A DNA stretch of 64,000 nt from Azolla caroliniana (lineage: Eukaryota > Plantae > Polypodiophyta): contig JBHGNT010000001.1 in NCBI GenBank assembly GCA_043228905.1, positions 15,500,001-15,564,000 on the forward strand. Reading direction: 5' to 3'. Both the position numbers and the translations under genes were made by a program. The notes under the pieces were generated by a model. It saw only the letters and a program-made list of their open reading frames with translations, made no database searches and was not told the DNA's origin. Below are positions 61,595 through 64,000 of the stretch, piece by piece (position 1 is the first letter of the stretch; the number at the start of each line of letters is the position of its first letter).

Positions 61595-63430
61595 TGGATA
61601 GAAGGGAGCCAGTCCCAGCACGCCCGGAAAGAGGGAGACTGCGGAGGAGGAAGACGAAGTGTGTGGAACGGAGGCCAACTGGATGTGCTGAGAATGCACA
61701 GGACCGGAATCGGAAGTGTTCACAGTGTCCAGAAGAAGCAACGCGGAGAGAGTCGGAACCAGAACTAGAAATGGTTAGCACTGAAGCAGCCGTAATCGCC
61801 AGATGGCAGCCGGAAACAGTGACAATGACGCCGAAAAGCGACGGACGGAGAGAAAACCGTCAGACATCAACAGCCGAATGACAACTGGATGTCGACTGAA
61901 CAGAGCGGCCAAGCGACGGAACTCAACCAAAAGAGACGGCCGACTGCAGACTGGCCGAATAGGACCTACAAGGTCGGCGACAACGACAAATGGAGATAGA
62001 GATGGAGCCGGTGGGCAGGGCGGACAAATACGGACAACAGTCGGAGCGGACGAAGTGGCCGGATTGCAGTTGGAGCGGTCGGAATGGCCGGACAGCAACG
62101 GCCACAATGGTAGTCGAACGTCATCCGGCCGTAACGAATAGAGACAGCCGGACAGAGACGGCAGACCAGAGAATGGCCGGACAGGGCCGACATAGACGAC
62201 AACGACGCCGAGGCAAACAGCGACAAAAGGAAGCAACAGAGACAACGATGATGGCAAAATAGAGACGAAGAATGACCAAGCACATAGACGGGGGCGCCGG
62301 AAAGATGTGGCCAAACAGGCAGTCGGAATGTACCTAAAGGTGACGAACAACACGGGAGATGGACGCGACCGAAGCATACATCGGCCAAGAAGGGCGACGA
62401 TCAGATAGTAGCCGGAATGGCCGGAGAGCGACTAAATACCGGCTGGAATGGCAACACACCCCAGAACGGAGGCGGCTGGACCGGTCGGGATGAACAAACA
62501 GAGGACGTCGGACAATGACGAAGATGGAGACGGCCAGATTTTTGCAACGAGAACGGACAGATGAAGGGTCGGCTAGACGACGGCCACGATGACAGAAGAC
62601 GGACATCGGACGAATAGATGAGGAACGATGTCACAGAGATGGACAACCGACGGCCAAAGAGCAACTGGAGTGGCCAGACATCAGTCGAAGCGGCATCCGG
62701 GACAGCGACCGGATAGCCAAAGTGCGAACAGTAGCGGCCAGAGGAGTGGCGATGAAAAGGAGACAGAAACGACGAACAAGGACGAAGAAGGAGAAAGAGA
62801 AGAACAAGAAGAAAAGAATGACAGAAGAAGGAGAAGAAGAAGAGTTTAACACCAAGAAGATGGAGAAAGAAAGCACGTAGCAGCACAAACAGAGAAGAAG
62901 AGAAAGAGAGAGAAATGGAAGAAGTCATGGAGAAAACGTAAGGAGTAGAGAAGAGAGTAGAGAGAAGAAGACAAATACAGAAGCGAAGGAAAAAACGACC
63001 TAAAAGCAAAAGTGAATGAAACTAAAAAACCAAAAAGAGAGGGAAAAATATAAAATAGGGATATGCGACAAATTTTGAAACCCTGAGGGTATCGAGTGAA
63101 ATTTCAAAAACTGGAGTGTATATATTAGAATTTTAAATAAAAAAAACTAAAGGGCAGCAAGGAAATTTCGAAAACTTATTAACCTGAAAGAAATAGTCAA
63201 GATATACTCACAACAACTCACAAGATACAAAGAAGAACACACATACACACAACGTCTTTTTGACGACCCAAATGATGTTACCAAAGTTTGAGAGCCGACA
63301 GAACGAGAATGTTCGTGTCAATGAAGTGGTTCACCGAAGGAGATGTTCGAGTCAAGCGCTCCAATCGAGGGAGTCAATCGTTGAGACGATCGATGGAAGT
63401 TCCGGTCGAAGAAAGATTATGATCAAGGCA

Positions 63431-64000
63431 TGTGGGATCGACGTGCAAGGCACTCTCCCATAGGCATGCCATATTGTGTTACCATACGAGATGTATGGGT
63501 GATTGATAAGTGTGATAAGTGAGGGTGAAAGATGTAATGTGTTAATATGTATGTGTAATGTTATACGATTATGAGTGTGAATGTAAGTGTGAGTGTGGTG
63601 GATACAAAGAGGTGTGAGTGAGTGACTAGGTGCTCCAATCAGAGAAAGACGAACTGATCAGGAAACACAGCCAGTTCAAGGCCAAATACGAGGAGAAACG
63701 CTTGGCACTACTAGTAGTGGCCAAAGCGAAACTCATGTTCGACCAAGGGTCGGTTGAGGCTCGTCTAGCACAGATGAGGAAGGAACTTGCCACCATGCAA
63801 TACCATGTGAGTATGGGCGAGGAAAAGGTAAACCAAATCCTGTAATCACACAAGCGTCGAACGGGGTCGGCACAGGCTGCCGAACTCCAAATGTTACGGA
63901 CCGATAGGGAAAATCGGAAGGAACAGGGCATTGGTTTCTTCAAATTGGAGGACGAAGCTATTATTACCGTCCAAGAAGACATGGCCCACGATTTGTATGA
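63431..64000 (+). mobile_element. Jumbled retroelement remnants: LTR start matching the 6648 family, partial LTR and degenerate coiled-coil frame
   Basis: TGTGGGATCGACGTGCAAGGCACT matches the minus-strand LTR start at 6648. From 63630 onward there is a coiled-coil-like frame with a stop. Confidence 0.45.

Noticed and set aside
61775-63009. ORFs of about 200 aa on the minus strand
   Set aside because: Explained by compositional skew that depletes stop codons. Low complexity, with no domain recognised.

Overview
Eukaryotic, transposon-dense plant genomic DNA. The element families and the dirigent gene suggest a seedless land plant, probably a fern; this is inference only. Most of the window is nested LTR retrotransposons: Ty1/Copia elements of several ages, including one intact, very young Tork/Tnt1-like element at 54756-60023 with apparently identical LTRs and a GCTCT TSD, plus non-chromovirus and chromovirus Ty3/Gypsy remnants. 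The only clear intact host gene is an intronless dirigent-family gene (24719-25303), with a decayed 3' copy nearby. The ORF track misses several things. (1) A spliced, intron-containing beta-class N6-adenine/N4-cytosine DNA methyltransferase pseudogene (30858-32144, minus strand). (2) A spliced Sola2-like DDD transposase with a minisatellite inside its intron (about 8100-9840). (3) Antisense tRNA-like Pol III A/B-box modules in the LTRs of two unrelated Gypsy lineages. (4) A Copia element folded back on itself through a 13-bp microhomology, forming a 1.5-kb inverted repeat. All coordinates and alignments were read by eye; no searches were run.
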